A DNA stretch of 64,000 nucleotides, taken from Tubulanus polymorphus (taxonomy: Eukaryota; Animalia; Nemertea). Made by a program: the position numbers and the translations under genes. The DNA lies in the NCBI RefSeq assembly GCF_964204645.1, contig NC_134027.1, forward strand, positions 27,056,560 through 27,120,559, given 5' to 3'. Position 1 is the stretch's first letter. Every line of letters starts with the position of its first letter. Below are positions 12,201 to 27,166 of the stretch, in pieces. Under the pieces are notes generated by a model. That model made no database searches and had not been told where the DNA came from. It was given only the letters and a program-made list of their open reading frames with translations.

Positions 12201-15200
12201 TTTGACATAGAAAGTGCCCTCCCCCATAATAGTGAGCGCCCTTATACAATTCGGAACCCCATCGAGATAGACCCCCTCCTGGATCAGATTATAACTGATA
12301 GATATTTGTTGATAGTTATTTTCGATACAATCTTTACGTCGGATTATTACCTCAGCTCTCACCATTAATTGTATAATGCAACATTTTTCACTAAATGCCC
12401 TTTTCCCCATTTATGGATACTGCTAGTAAACTCCATTACGGATCTCCCCCTCGTTGTCCATTAAGGAATTGCGAAAGCATTTGATGTATTATATTTGAAT
12501 GTAGTTGTCAGATTTATGAAGATCAATGTCTGTTGTGTATGTAATGTCGGTTATTAATGATAATGTAAGCGTATTCAGAGTTCGGATCGTAGATCTGTCA
12601 GTTTACCAGAAATCTCATGATTTATCAGATATTTATTGAGTAGGAAACATGTGGTAAACCTGGTAACAATCCGACCGACCAACCGTCCGACCGACTGTCC
12701 GACAAAATGAATGTGAAGTTAAATTAGAGAGAGAGAGAGTTGTGTGCGATGAGTTCGGATGATGAATACTTTATGAATTATTGTGTAAGCATCGTTTATC
12801 AAGGGAACATTCGTCATTATGTGAGATTAGATATAAATTGTCATGTTGCCGATGCAGGTAATGGTTTAGATTTATTCGGTATCTGCTGCTGCTACTGCTG
12901 CTACTAGAGTACCTGTTATATAATACAAGATGTCTACGATGTAGCTGAGTCCTAAACACTGATAAGACTGTGTAGGTGCTGACACAGATTGACGATTGCA
13001 CCTGAACTTATGATGTCATGAATCCAGGTCTACACGAAATTGTTTCTGAACTTATGATGTCATGAATCCAGGTCTACACGAAATTGTTTCTGAACTTATG
13101 ATGTCATGAATCCAGGTCTACACGAAATTGTTTCTGAACTTATGATGTCATGAATCCAGGTCTACACGAAATTGTGTCTGAACTTATGATGTCATGAATC
13201 CAGGTCTACACGAAATTGTGTCTGAACTTATGATGTCATGAATCCAGGTCTACACGAAATTGTTTCTGAACTTATGATGTCATGAATCCAGGTCTACACG
13301 AAATTGTGTCTGAACTTATGATGTCATGAATCCAGGTCTACACGAAATTGTTTCTGAACTTATGATGTCATGAATCCAGGTCTACACGAAATTGTGTCTG
13401 AACTTATGATGTCATGAATCTAGGTCTACACGAAATTTTGTCTGAACTTATGATGTCATGAATCCAGGTCTACACGAAATTGTGTGTATTTTCATATTGT
13501 TTATATCAGGTGACCACCTCTGGTCAATAACAACATAACCCTAGGTTTGGCCTGGCTAGGGTTAGTAAACAACAGTAACCCTAGGTTTGGCCTGGCTAGG
13601 GTTAGTAAACAATAGTTATCCTAGGTTTGGCCTGGCTAGGCTTAGTAAACAACATAACCCTAGGTTTGGCCTGGCTAGGGTTAGTAAACAATAGTTATCC
13701 TAGGTTTGGCCTGGCTAGGGTTAGTAAACAATAGTTATCCTAGGTTTGGCCTGGCTAGGCTTAGTAAACAATAGTTATCCTAGGTTTGGCCTGTGAATTT
13801 GCATATAAGGTGACCAGCTGTAGACCAATCAGAATGCTATGGTTATTCAGCCCTTGCCACTTGGCCTGTTTATTTACTTCAGATGACCTATACATTTTGA
13901 CTATAAGAATGATATTAATGACAAACAAACATGCAATTTGACAGCAGTATCGATGAAGCCTGCCTGCGCTGCACGCTGCTCGCTGGTCTCATGGTTGAAT
14001 TCCTCTAGTCTAAGGGCTACTTATGATTAATGTTCTAATTACATTGTCCAATGTTGACTCACAGTCAACTGATTCTAATTGAATGAAAATTGGTCCACTC
14101 TACATCATCAATTACTTTAGATGTTTGTATAAACAAATTGGCATAAAACTGATGAATTCATTTCATTAGCGCGGAGAATTTAGTGTCAATAGTCGTAGTG
14201 TTTATTCAGGAACAGCAAGTACCGGTCCCTAGAGTTCACTACACATTACTAATATGATTACACTGTTTCCTGGATAAAGGAAATATTTGATAAAACATGT
14301 TTAAACTGATCTTCAGTTTCTACATATTCTCATCATATCATTCTCTGTCTTATTCTCATCTCTCCCTCTTTCCCACTCACTCTCTCTCCATCTCCAGTCT
14401 CTCCCTCACTCCCTCCCCTCACTAAATCTCTCTCCATCTCCCTCTCTCGCCATCTCCATCTCCCTCTCTCTCTCCCTCTCTCTCTCTCTCTCCTCTCCCT
14501 ATCTTCCTCTCTCTCTCTCCCTTGGCTCTGGTTGCATGAATAAATTTAGTTTTAAAATTGGTTTTAATGCAGATATAGATGAAAGCTATGAATTTTATGA
14601 CATTATCCTCGTGCACCGACTCTCAGGTTTGATTACAGCGTAATTATTCGCTATTGTGATGTCTGGTTGTTTGAAGTATTTCAGGCTTTGATCATCTCTG
14701 TAGCCTCCGGGAATTGCAGCTTATACACCATATATATATAAATACATCTTGAAAGTACTGAAAACAGTTTCACGTGATTTTACTCGAAACTTTCATGAAA
14801 ACAGTATATTAAGTACTATGAATGTAAGTTTAGATTTTATTTGGAATTGTGAGGTTTCGTTACAGTAAGGTCATAATTTCTTAACAAAATCAGTTAAACC
14901 TGTTTTATGCCTGGCTAACAAATTGTCCTTTATTCATAAATTCTTGTTCAAATCCACCAGTGTCCAGTGCAGGGTTGTGACTAGTCATACAAATTACTAC
15001 TAACTACTAATATGGCCTTTCACTGGTCTTTCACTGGATTTGTATTGAGTTGCCAAGAACCAACATAGTCTTAGGCTGGTCTCAGATCTAAGTGTCTATA
15101 ACAGGGCTGTGATATTAATTCATTCTGGGCCGTTTATTTGTGTTTATCCCAGTGGTCATTATTCTATAGAATTGTTCAATAACACACGATCAATGATTGC

Positions 15201-18200
15201 ATTCAAATACTAAATAAATAATTCATTAGAATTTCAACTCAGAGTGTTAAAATGGAAGTTGAATTCAGATCGATGTTTATAAGAAGAGGTTAATTAGTAA
15301 TTGAAAACGTGGTTTGTTCTCGTAAGCTCGGGATGCAAATGAGATAAGAACTATTGAATAAAACCTGACGACTTCTAAACATCGATAACATTCTCATATT
15401 TATTTTCATTTTTCATTAATGAGAAAATCTGATCTATACAAATTGAAGAAACGGTGTCGGTTTGCGCGAAGGATCAGCGGTTCTCTATAAATTATTTGTT
15501 TTTATAATCGAGGTTTGATTCTTGTGTCGTGTTTACGAACAATAGAAGTCATAATTAGAAGCTTTATTTATCGCTGAATCGCGATGAAAATGTCAATGAA
15601 TTTCTATGATTTAATTGTGAGTTTTTGTTACTCGTAACAAACGTTTGAATGAAGAAACTAAGATGACCGACGCGACGATGCGATGATTATATTCTTCATC
15701 GATATTTGATAGAGTTTCCACTTATTTAAATCACTGAGTCATCGACGATATTCTCATTCTCAATTACTGCAACGATTCACTAAGATTGTGATACTCTTCC
15801 TCGACCAGCTGAGCGCCACCGAGGACAGTTTCAGCGGGTTTAAGGTTTCCCCCCTCTACCCCGCTGAGCGCCACTGAGGACAGTTTTAGCAGGTTTAAGG
15901 TTTCCCCCTCTACCCCGCTGAGCACCACTGAGGACAGTTTTAGCAGGTTTAAGGTTTTCCCCCTCTACCCCGCTGAGCGCCACTGAGGACAGTTTTAGCA
16001 GGTTCAAGGTTTTCCCCCTCTACCCCGCTGAGCGCCACTGAGGACAGTTTTAGCAGGTTCAAGTTCAAGGTTTTCCCCCTCTACCCCGCTGAGCGCCACC
16101 AAGGACAGTTTCAGCAGGTTTAAGGTTTTCCCCCCTCTACCCCGCTGAGCGCCACTGAGGACAGTTTTAGCAGGTTTAAGGTTTCCCCCCTCTACCCCGC
16201 TGAGCGCCACTGAGGACAGTTTTAGCAGGTTTAAGGTTTCCCCCTCTACCCCACTGAGCGCCACTGAGGACAGTTTTAGCAGGTTTAAGGTTTCCCCCTC
16301 TACCCTGCTGAGCACCACTGAGGACAGTTTTAGCAGGTTTAAGGTTTTCCCCCTCTACCCCGCTGAGCACCACTGAGGACAGTTTTAGCAGGTTTAAGGT
16401 TTCCCCCCTCTACCCCGCTGAGCGCCACTGAGGACAGTTTTAGCAGGTTTAAGGTTTCCCCCTCTACCCCACTGAGCGCCACTGAGGACAGTTTTAGCAG
16501 GTTTAAGGTTTCCCCCCTCTACCCCACTGAGCGCCACTGAGGACAGTTTTAGCAGGTTTAAGGTTTCCCCCTCTACCCTGCTGAGCACCACTGAGGACAG
16601 TTTTAGCAGGTTCAAGGTTTTCCCCCTCTACCCCGCTGAGCACCACTGAGGACAGTTTTAGCGGGTTTAAGGTTTTCCCCCTCTACCCCGCTGAGCACCA
16701 CTGAGGACAGTTTTAGCGGGTTTTAGGTTTTCCCCCTCTACCCCGCTGAGCGCCACTGAGGACAGTTTCAGCGGGTTTAAGGTTTCCCCCTCTACCCCGC
16801 TGAGCACCACTGAGGACAGTTTCAGCGGGTTTAAGGTTTCCCCCTCTACCCCGCTGAGCACCACTGAGGACAGTTTCAGCGGGTTTAAGGTTTCCCCCCT
16901 CTACCCCGTTGAGCACCACTGAGGACAGTTTCAGCAGGTCATCAACATTTTTGGGGCATTCCGGAATCTATAGGGGCGAGGTGGACCCGGTGGACTCCCC
17001 TCGAATCAGGGTTTGGATATAGACCAGAGAACTGCTGCCTCTGGGATCGGAGCCGATGAAGGACCTGTGACCGATCACTGGGCCACTACGTCAGCCTTGT
17101 GCATTGTTTATCTTCATTGAACACATGGTTTTAATCGAGTACCTGAATGTATCTCGTATTCAACGGATCAACTTATTATAACAGCACATGTTAATAGCAT
17201 CATCGGTATCATTGTTACCGGTTTCGATTGTTTGTTTCAATTTTCAACAGTTCCATCGTGATAGGATACCTACCGACCGACCATCCACGGCTATCGCCAT
17301 CGCCGTGATGAAAAAAAAGAAACTTTATGCTCTAATCTGCACATGGTGTATAAAGACTAACATTATAGTAAATCAACTTTTATAGCTCACGTTTACCCCT
17401 TAACGCCATATGTCTTCTGCATTGTATAAAAAATGCCATAAGTTTTTTGATTAGGATCTGTTCGGTGCAGCTATCTGTGTCTGTTTTACTCTAATGTTTG
17501 TTTAAGTTACGGTGTATCACACAATGATTTACTAAATTGACACAACTCATGATTATGCATCGTAATTATCCGACATTCGTTTGTTTGTGCGCTGTAAATT
17601 TTTCGATGAAAATGCAAAAAAGTCATGACAATTTAACGATATGAGGTTTAGTTATTGCATTATGAATGGTTCATTGTACGCGATGTACATTAACAATCAG
17701 TGAATTTATCTCGTGACTCCGCATCATTATCATTATGTTCATCGTAATTGATCTGAGCACCTGCATAGTACGAATACCAGCCGGTTTATACTACTGGGGC
17801 TTATGGGGTTTATAGTGTGGGGTTTGTGGGGTTTATAGTGTGGGGTTTGTGGGGTTTATAGTGTGGGGTTCATAGTGTGGGGTTTGTGGGGTTTATAGTG
17901 TGGGGTTAATAGTGTTAAGGTTTGTGGGATTTATAGTGTGGGGTTAATATTGTTGGGGTTTATAGTGTGGGGTTTATAGTGTGGGGTTTATAGTGTGGGG
18001 TTTGTGGTATTTGTAGTGTTGGAGTTTGTGGGGTTTACAGTGTGGGGTTTTTGGGGTTTATAGTGTGGGGTTTGTGGGGTTTATAGTGTGGGGTTTTGAC
18101 TTGTATTTGTCTTGTTGCGATATGGATTTATAATTTGATTTATGATCATTTACCGCCGTTGTTCGAAATTGAAAACTTTCTAATTCCCGGGATTTATATC

Positions 18201-21200
18201 ATTATACTAATTAGATTAAACCTTTAAATGCGAAACATGATTTATTGAAATATTATTGAGATGGATTTATGAATGTAAATCCTACAATCAATCAAATGGC
18301 TGTCTGGAATTTCCCTGTGGACAATGAAGTAAATGAATGCAGTAGTTTGTGATGCAGTTTGTATCATGTGTTTATATCATATGAATGACCCTCATGCGTC
18401 ATGTATAAACAGCTCTTCTGAATTATGATATTTTCACGTTTTATCATATCATTTATTTTCTCACTTTTTCTCACGAAATGAATATTGATATATGTATTTA
18501 GTTTGTTTGCACCAGATCTCGAGCCGCACATTCTAAAACCCTTTAACCGAACATGCTTGAAGCTTGATGTAGTTTTCTTATTGTTATTTTTTTACAGGGT
18601 ATTTTTAACGATTTGGGTCTTGAATCAAGTCGTAGAACATCATCTTTCATGGCTGGGGAGGTATGTACATACACTACGCGACACTAGAGAACGTTTATTT
18701 GCTAGTTGGATTTTCAACTCGAAAACTCAATTCACACATCCAACTATCAGATAAATGATTGCCTGATTTGGTTGAAGGTGTTGAGGATCGGGGCACTGTT
18801 TCACGTGTTATTATTATCTTTCTCTAATAAATGCACACTCGCCTGTTCTATATATTATGATTCATAGGATGTAATATACAGCAGAGAGTATCCTTGACTC
18901 GCTGCTGTCATTTACGCAGATGATCATTACTACAACCATTTCTGTTGATCTTTGACATTTTTGTCGCTTTAATCACCTCGTATAAGATCATACAACATCA
19001 TAAATCTCCATTTACTTAAACATGAAAAATGCAGTTTTTGATAATTTTATGTGTAAAATCTCCTGTTTTGAGTCTTACGTCTCCATGCAGCTGCTGCTGC
19101 TGCTGCTGCTGCTGTTCACTGATTGATTTATTTTTATACAGAGCTTTGATGGAATTACATTTATTACAACACTTTTGATGTTGCTTAATTAACCGGTAAA
19201 TGTCCATGACAATATGAAAGGAGATTGTTATTTCGTGGAAAAATTGGATCAATTTCAGCAAATTAATTTTTCCGTTTTTGCCTCGGTTTTGCCTCGGGGA
19301 TTTTACCTGTTAATACACGATCGCAATAAACGAACCTTTTGTAGATGAAAAATTATGGATGAATTTTTCATCGTATTTCATTATTTTCACCGAGTTCGAT
19401 CTTCATGCGATGATTTTTGTACGTTCTGTTAATTCGATTAAAAAGTTCTCGAATCGAAATCGAAACTCGAGGAAACTTTAGATAATATTTTAATGATATT
19501 TATCGAATGCTCCGAGAGTGAATATCGTCTCGGCCTTTGTTAATACGCAGATGTTCGAAACGCTCGTTGTCAGTAGCAACCAACTTAGATAATTCGCGAT
19601 TAGCCAGATGTTCGGAATATAATGGGTTAATGGACGGATATTTTATGTATTCATTTTTTTTTCCCATTAATGAAAATGAAATATGAGAAATCGATAGGTA
19701 ACAAAAATGTTGCTTTACTAAGCATAAGTTATGAATGTAGGAACTAAAGCGTGGAACCGAACTGAGAACCAATAGTCATTGAGCACATAGGAGTTAGTTG
19801 TCATCTTACACGCGTCGTCGTTTCGACGACGTATACCGTCGACCTTTTCTCATTCGCGGTTTTTCATATTCGACAAAAACAACAACGGAATTGTTGGAAT
19901 TTGTAGCCGAACAGAAACCAACAACTGCTGCCGCTACGAAACACGATTCGTTTGTTGTATCATCTACAGATTTATAATAATTAGTTGTCTGTGGATGAAA
20001 TGAGCGTTACAGCAGTCGTCTACTCTACTGTACGGATATACAGAATGTCAGTATTAATTGCTGATTGTTTTATGTATATTTGATCTCAGCGGATTCTAAC
20101 GTACGTCGATGATGATTTGAAACTGAATGAATCTCGGATTCTTTTTCAACCGGGTGTTTAATCTGATGCATTGTTTAGAACTGCAAACGACTGTTCTGCG
20201 ACTGTTCTGCTATTTACGCGTAAATGACTACTGTTCTGCGATTGATTATTAACGAAATTTATTTCAATAACAATTTGATTATTCGACATATGCCGATGAC
20301 GAACGTGGTATATCTACGATACTCGTGATATATAATAACACTGTAATACACCGCGTATATGTGTTCTTGTACATAGCTGGATTAGATACGTTTTTAGAGC
20401 GAGCACGTATATAAAAACCGGTGTACTTATCTTCATATATTTAGTCTGACCTTGAATGTGTTTTCGAGAGGTTATCAGTAAGATCAATAATTATGGCCCC
20501 TCGTCGTAAAAGAAAACGAAAGATTGTCAAAAAACCTTCAACAGCCGCAGCAGCAGCAGCAGCTGCAGCAGTAGCAGGGGTGGATAGTACCAGTGGATAC
20601 AGCACTGAGGCAGTGGATAGTACTTGTGGATATACTGCTGAGTTAGTGGATGGTACGGGTGGAAATACTGGTGGAAACAGTACTGAGACTGTGGATAGCA
20701 CAGGTGGAAATACCACTGAGACATTGGATAGTACTGGTGGAAACAGTGCTGAGACAGTGGATAGTACATGTGGAAATACTACTGGGTTAGTGGATAGTGT
20801 TGGTAGAAACAGTGCTGAGATAGTGGCTAGTGCTGGTGGAAACAGCGCTGAGACAGTGGATAGTACTGGTGGAAACATTGCTGAGATAGTAGATAGTACT
20901 GGTGGAAACATTGCTGAGATAGTGGATAGTACTGGTGGAAATATTGTTGAGATAGTGGATAGTACTGGTGGAAACATTTCTGTACCTGGTGGAAATACTG
21001 AGACAGCGGATAGTGCTGGTGGAAATACCACTGAGACAGTGGATAATACTGGTGGAATTACCAATGAGACAGTGGATATAAGTGTGGAATCTAATGGTCC
21101 ACATGATAAACCAGAGTTAGAGCAGTTTAGGCCGACGACCAGTACTGATAAAACTGATATATCTATTAACAATACACAACTGTATCATATCAACAATGAA

Positions 21201-24200
21201 TACAGTGAATTAAACTTACGCAAACATTCCATGAATAACGAAACGATCTGCGAAATATCAGAATCTGCCGAAACACAAACGAAATTAACCGAATTTGAAA
21301 GTTCGGAAAGGAACTATCGCGCGAGGGACGAGGTCTGTTGTCGGAACGCGACTGATTCTAAAAATACCGATAACATACTTCAAAATCTTAACATCCTCGC
21401 GTTGAATGATTCAGGTTTAATTCCTGCGAGGAATACTGGATCAAACGACGATTCGAACTCGAACGAGATATTCATGCGTTCTACAAACTTAGATTTAGCC
21501 GATGGTAACATTAAATTACTGATATCTGTAATGAAAACATCAGAAGACGATTCATCTTCGTCGAATCATCATCAATCTATGGCGAGATGTAAAACTAATC
21601 CTGACAAAATAATCAACTCACAAAATGCGATTAATAAAACTGAAGTGAATTGTATCGAACGCGGAGATGATAAAATAGCCGTAGGCGAAACATTGAGTAA
21701 GAGCTATAATAAAATAAAGCAACATTTCCCTCAGGTAATTGATAATCATCGTGATGATACTTATCTCTTTTTATTGTTTGCAGTTTATAGGTTTTTTATA
21801 CGTGTATAAAACAATCAAATCCATCATTGAAATTTTAGACGGCATTTTTTTAGTTCGTTCAGCGATGTGTGATAAGTGTATTTGAATATTGGTTGAAAAC
21901 TAGGATTTTTATCATCGGGATTCATATTAACAACTCGCATTCATAAATCACATCAATTATGCTTAATGTCAGTTTGAAGTATATATTGTGTTTCTCAAGG
22001 AGATGTTTAGTTGAATTGATAGAACCTATTCCCGAGCTAGAGCTAATGAGCCATCCCCGAACTAGAGCTACCTGGGTGATAGCCATCCCCGAACTAGAGC
22101 TACCTGGGTGATAGCCATCCCCGAACTAGAGCTACCTGGAGTATAGCCATCCCCAAACTAGAGCTACCTGGGTTATAGCCACTGCGGACTAGAGCTACCC
22201 CAGTTAATATAGTCATCCCGGACTAAAGCTACCCCGGGTTATAGCCATCCCAGACTAAAGCTACCCGGGTTATAGCCATCCCGGACTAAAGCTACCCGGG
22301 TTATAGCCATCCCGGACTAAAGCTACCCGGGTTATAGCCATCCCGGACTAAAGCTACCCTGGTTATAGTCATCCCGGACTAAAGCTACCCGGGTTATAGC
22401 CATCCCGGACTAAAGCTAGCCCGGGATATAGTCCTCCATGTTTAAGTAGTTATAGTTATATATGTTTTATTTTGTATTGTTTCAGACGTTTCACGCACCA
22501 AGTTTCGGAGATGAAGAATTTCAGATTCCTCTCATTTTACCCGAAGACAATCTATCATCGTTTTCACAAGGTTCATCAGTTGCGCCCCCTGTGAGCGATT
22601 CGTCGAGTTACGCCGCGACATGTCAGATGTTGGATTCGTCGTCGTCGTCGTACTCGGAATCGCGCATGAATCACGACGATATTCAACCAAAATTTCCACC
22701 ACAAAATATCGATATTCCGGATATAACGGAAACGAACTATAATCAGAATCAGAGCGTTACGAATACGGTCGGTACATCGACGTATTTACCGATGGACCAA
22801 TCACTGAACTCGATACAGAACGTGACATCACCACCGGGTAGTAATCAAACATCACCCGTTAGAGCAGCAGAAAGTGGTAGCAGCGATAGTGATGACTTAC
22901 CCTTATCACGGGTATGTATACCTCATATCATACCTTCAACCCCAACTCGATTCCACCCTCACTAGATTCCACCCTAGATTCCACCCCCACTCGATTCTAT
23001 CCCCTGTTCTGCTATTCTGGATTCCAATTCACTAGGATCTAGAAAAATTTGATAAGGGGGCGCTCTTTGAGTAAAAAGAGATCTATAGTCACAGGAACCC
23101 ACGAAGCAGGAGGTCTGGAATGTCCTCCTCCAGAAAATTTGGAAAAATAGATTCTTTTAGATGGCATTCAAAATAATTATTTTAAAAAAAATGAATTCTT
23201 TTCTTCCAAATCTTCTGGAGGATGACACCCCAGACCGCGATGTGGTTTTTCAACAACACTCAATTGAAAAAAGGGGGACACACGCCCTGCTGCGCCCCCT
23301 GGTTTCAAGGATAGATAAATCATTGAAGTGAACGCAGTGCAACCTCGTTATAACAAACTCAGATACAACTCTTCATCAGATATAACAGAAATAAGTAAAA
23401 CAATTTCACTAATTTCATACTGGATATAACAAACTATCGGTTTTAACGAACAGATTTTCTGGTCTCATGTTGTTCGCTGTAACGAGGTTGCGCACTGTAT
23501 AGATAGGAGTGATGGGCGTGAGTTTAATTTGATCGTTCAAACAATAATCAACTGAACAACTGAACCTGTATATGAACAGTACTTGTAGAAATTCAATATA
23601 CACTAGTTACTGGTTCATGTTTTACTAAATCATCGAACAATAACATTTCAGATAAAAGACCTTCGTATCTTAGCAACCGTATTCGTTTATTGTCAGTTAT
23701 AACAATGTAACTCGGTCACCGCTCGCGTTCGATACAATTATTAATTATCGGAGCGCTTGAATTTTTTGACATGAATATCAAATGGTTCGTTCGTAATAAA
23801 CTCTTTTGTTGCGGAAACAATTCAAAATATCATTTGCCTCCGATAGAAATATCGATCGTGATAATAATAGTAATAATAATCATAATAATGAGTAGTGTTT
23901 GATATTTCATGTTTGATCACGATCTGTTCTATTCAACGGTTCGCACACGTATCTGAATGTAAAGTTCATGCGTAGATTAATAATTGAATAATTCTGTCAG
24001 ATTCATGAATCATGAAGTTTTATTCATTTCGTTGTATTATTAGTTGGCGACTGGTTTGAAGAAAGCTCCGGCTGCAGTCGGCAGAAAACCGAAAGTTGCT
24101 CCGAAAAAACGAAAAAAGAAAAAGGATCCGAATGAACCTCAAAAGTAAATCTTCGAATTGATACCGACAACACCAGATGGCGCAACAAAACACTGGGTTA

Positions 24201-27166
24201 CTCGTGGTGAAAATCAGTTCATTTTCAATGAAATTTGAACATTATTTTTTAGTTTCCAAATCTGGAAATTATCAAACGAGTCATCGGATTGATATACGAT
24301 TCCCTTTCTCTCTCATTATATGGTATTGATTTCACTGAAAATTGATTTATTAATCAGAAAATTTGACTCGAAGTTTATTGAAATGTAGAAGAAATTGAAG
24401 CGCAGTAACCCAGTGCCACTAGCGACACCTGGGGGATTATCGCTGAATCCTCGCTTCCCTCAGTAGCCTTGCCGGTATCCCATTGATGAGAAGTTTGACG
24501 AGAAATTTGTCAAAATGAATAAAATCTGATTTAATTTTATGTATATATTTCAGACCGGTTTCCGCGTACGCGCTGTTCTTCAGAGACACACAGGCCGCGA
24601 TTAAAGGTCAAAATCCGAACGCTACGTTCGGGGAAGTTTCTAAAATTGTAGCTTCAATGTGGGACAGTTTGGCCCCCGATAGTAAAGAGGTAATTCATCT
24701 ATAGTCATATAACTTAGAATAACAATCCTATCACGATTAATGAAATATCTTATTTGTTTTGTAACAGTTTCTAAATCACATCAAATGTCACGATGTAAAA
24801 TTCCGAAACTATTGTACCACATTTTTAATTTCATCAGTCTTCACGCTGTCATCTTATTTCTAAATTAAATCGTGTAATTTCATCGTATTTCAGAACTATA
24901 AGAGGAGAACTGAAACGGCTAAGAAAGAATATCTACAGAAATTGGCAGCTTATAGGGCAAGTTTAATCTCTAAGGTCAGTGACAATGTTCTGTGTTGTCA
25001 CAGTGTCTGCATTTAAAACTCTATTACTGCTTGTGCTTGTGGTGGAAATGGGTTCTTTAAATTCTGATTCAATGTATCGGTTCATTCAACAGAAGTGTTG
25101 CCTTTACACGAAGCTGATTGTCTCTGATTATCAATTACAGTGATTCACATATGACTACTCGGTCCATTGTGTATAGCTCCTCATAGGGGCCGATCCACGG
25201 ACCACCATCGAGGGTAGCACAACTTATGATAAAAAGGGCATTCTAAAATATTGAAAATCTGCTTTTTGGTGCAATTTCCAAGCGATTAAAGTCCTGACAC
25301 AAAGTGCTTTCTAGCAAATTAACGACATCGAGATGTAGTTTCCAGGGGCGGGCGTAGGAAAACCCTGTTAGCCTAACCGTGGTTAGTGGCTTATCCGTGG
25401 TTAGGCTAACTAGATTGAAATAAGAGGCCGCACGAAGACAATAGGTACCTAACAGCGTTTTCCTGCGCCCGCCCCAGGCAATAAAGACAAAATCTTGAAG
25501 AATCATGTATTTTTGTTTGCAATTATCTACCTCGTCTTGTAAATGTGCCATTTTCTACTTTGGGAAAAAATGAAAAAAAAGGCACGAGATTTTCACGACG
25601 GTAGCACGTGCCACAGATCTGAATCCGCGCCTGCCTCTCGTTTAATGAGTTTGTATTTTCTGTTATTACAGCAGTCGCCTTTAGACGTATTAGAGAAACC
25701 AGCTGCGAAACCGGTTCAAATAACAAACACGTTGAGTACGAAGACTTATCCACTACGTAGCAGTCAACGAGCCGTTACTAATAATGATATGTCTCCAGTT
25801 CATTCTTCTTCATCTTCATCTCCTGCCCAGAGTTTATCACCTATTCATATGTCACCGACTCAACCTGAATTATCGCCTAAACTAAACAATGTAAGTTTTC
25901 AAGTTGCAAGGAATGGTATAACCGATATTTCTATACAAATCTATCTGATATTACTATATGAAATAGAACCTCGTAACAATGAACTTCAGGACACCAGAAA
26001 ATCTGTTCACTAAAACCGATAGTTCTATACACGGTGGTACCTTGTTACAACGAACTTCAGTAGTCCAATAAATCTGTAGGTATTAACTGATATTACTATA
26101 TGAAATAGAACCTCGTTACAACGAACTTCAGGACACCAGAAAATCTGTTCGTTATAACCGATATATAAAATACATAAAGAGAACTCTTTATGTATTTTTG
26201 CCGATATACATAACAAACGCAGTTAAAATCTATTCATTCTAATTGATAGTTAGTCGTGCCTGATCTTCCTAACGTTCTATTATGATTTATAATTTCAGGA
26301 TTACCACGGAAATCACGTACACGACAGTCCCGATCATACCGGACGACCTCATAATTTATGTACACGTAATGGTTGTCAGAATATAGCAGTTGGTAATACA
26401 GGATGGGATAATGAATACTGTAGCAATGATTGTGTAGTTACGCATTGCAGGTGAGATATACTTTATTCACACCACACTAAACTCATTGTTTAAACAGGTG
26501 TAGGTCGACTTGTAATTGGTTGCAATGTGACACAATTGGTTACGAATGGCAACATAGGTTGACTGCAACGTGATCATCAGCAACAATGTGCAACTAGTCT
26601 CTCAGTTGCAAGAGTAGCTTCGCAAAAAGAATAACATGTAGTTATTTTGCAAGACCATGTAGATTGATGGATATTTGCGATCCACGCTGACAGTCACAGT
26701 GAATCACATTGCAACAAGTCTGTGGCAGTTACAAGACCGACCGACCCTCACCTTTAGTAGTCATTCTTAAAACATACACGAAACTTTGCTAATTTTTGCA
26801 TACCGGGAAAGTGGCTAATTTTGTAGCTCTTTTTCCTTTGAATACCTGTACTTTATGAATAACCAGGGTGGCTACTTAATCTGGTAATCAAAGAAAAGTG
26901 TGGGAATTTTCTTTTCCTGGGCCATGGAAATTTGTTGAGATTGCCAGATCGAAGTCAAAGTTCTTGGATTCTGAGCAGATCTCGTCAGGGAAAACAAATC
27001 ACATGTCAGGGAATAGCTGGGGAATTGTTCACCCTGAAGACCTGTTACATGATATTAAACACTGTGTATTTGATATAGTTTGCGTGTGGTTTATTACAGA
27101 GATGTATTTACTGCGTGGGTCGTATCCAGACAGCAGAGTACTAGTAACTACATGCAAGTCAGTTAG
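9214..27166 (+). CDS. TOX: TOX-family HMG-box transcription factor (TOX3/TOX4-like), 9 coding exons: 9214-9342, 18598-18660, 22486-22911, 24044-24144, 24554-24689, 24894-24974, 25672-25890, 26299-26450, 27100-27166
   Basis: Spliced translation contains the TOX motif [15 protein letters not shown], the basic stretch [14 protein letters not shown], the HMG box [39 protein letters not shown]...[21 protein letters not shown] and a TOX4-type C-terminus [29 protein letters not shown]. All introns are GT-AG with matching phases. The first two exons are less certain. Confidence 0.95.
9881..10500. repeat. 34-bp minisatellite, about 18 copies (ACTGCGATCAGTACAAACCCTGTTCACCGGGAAC), in TOX intron 1
   Basis: Tandem array; explains ORFs 9777..10382 and 9838..10236. 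Confidence 0.95.
13002..13485. repeat. 44-bp minisatellite, about 11 copies
   Basis: Unit CTGAACTTATGATGTCATGAATCCAGGTCTACACGAAATTGTTT. Confidence 0.95.
13530..13793. repeat. About 40-bp minisatellite with an internal inverted repeat (TAACCCTAG...CTAGGGTTA), 6-7 copies
   Basis: Directly visible tandem array. Confidence 0.9.
15808..16938. repeat. About 54-56-bp minisatellite, about 20 copies
   Basis: Unit CTGAGCGCCACTGAGGACAGTTTTAGCAGGTTTAAGGTTTCCCCCTCTACCCCG; explains the minus-strand ORFs at 16004-16919. Confidence 0.95.
17795..18097 (+). repeat. G-rich simple repeat (GTGGGGTTT / ATAGTGTGGGGTTT), potential G-quadruplex
   Basis: Many GGGG runs separated by short loops. Confidence 0.85.
20493..21734 (+). 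CDS. Large intronic ORF; candidate alternative first exon of TOX (basic NLS-like start, poly-Ala, 11-aa ETVDSTGGN.. repeats)
   Basis: 438-aa ORF whose non-repetitive second half also stays open. TATATAAAA at about 20408. A CAG|GTAATT donor after codon 414 is phase 0, in frame with the TOX exon at 22486. Confidence 0.55.
22035..22432. repeat. 31-bp minisatellite (ATAGCCATCCCGGACTAAAGCTACCCGGGTT), about 12 copies
   Basis: Directly visible tandem array just upstream of the TOX exon at 22486. Confidence 0.9.

Noticed and set aside
16004-16919. Several minus-strand ORFs with RGRGG repeats
   Set aside because: Translation of the ~55-bp minisatellite; no splice or coding signature.
20441-21172. 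243-aa minus-strand hydrophobic ORF
   Set aside because: Antisense shadow of the 33-bp repeats in the + strand ORF.
24170-24186. CTCF-like motif CACCAGATGGCGC in a TOX intron
   Set aside because: A single short motif next to a MITE; cannot be supported without ChIP data.
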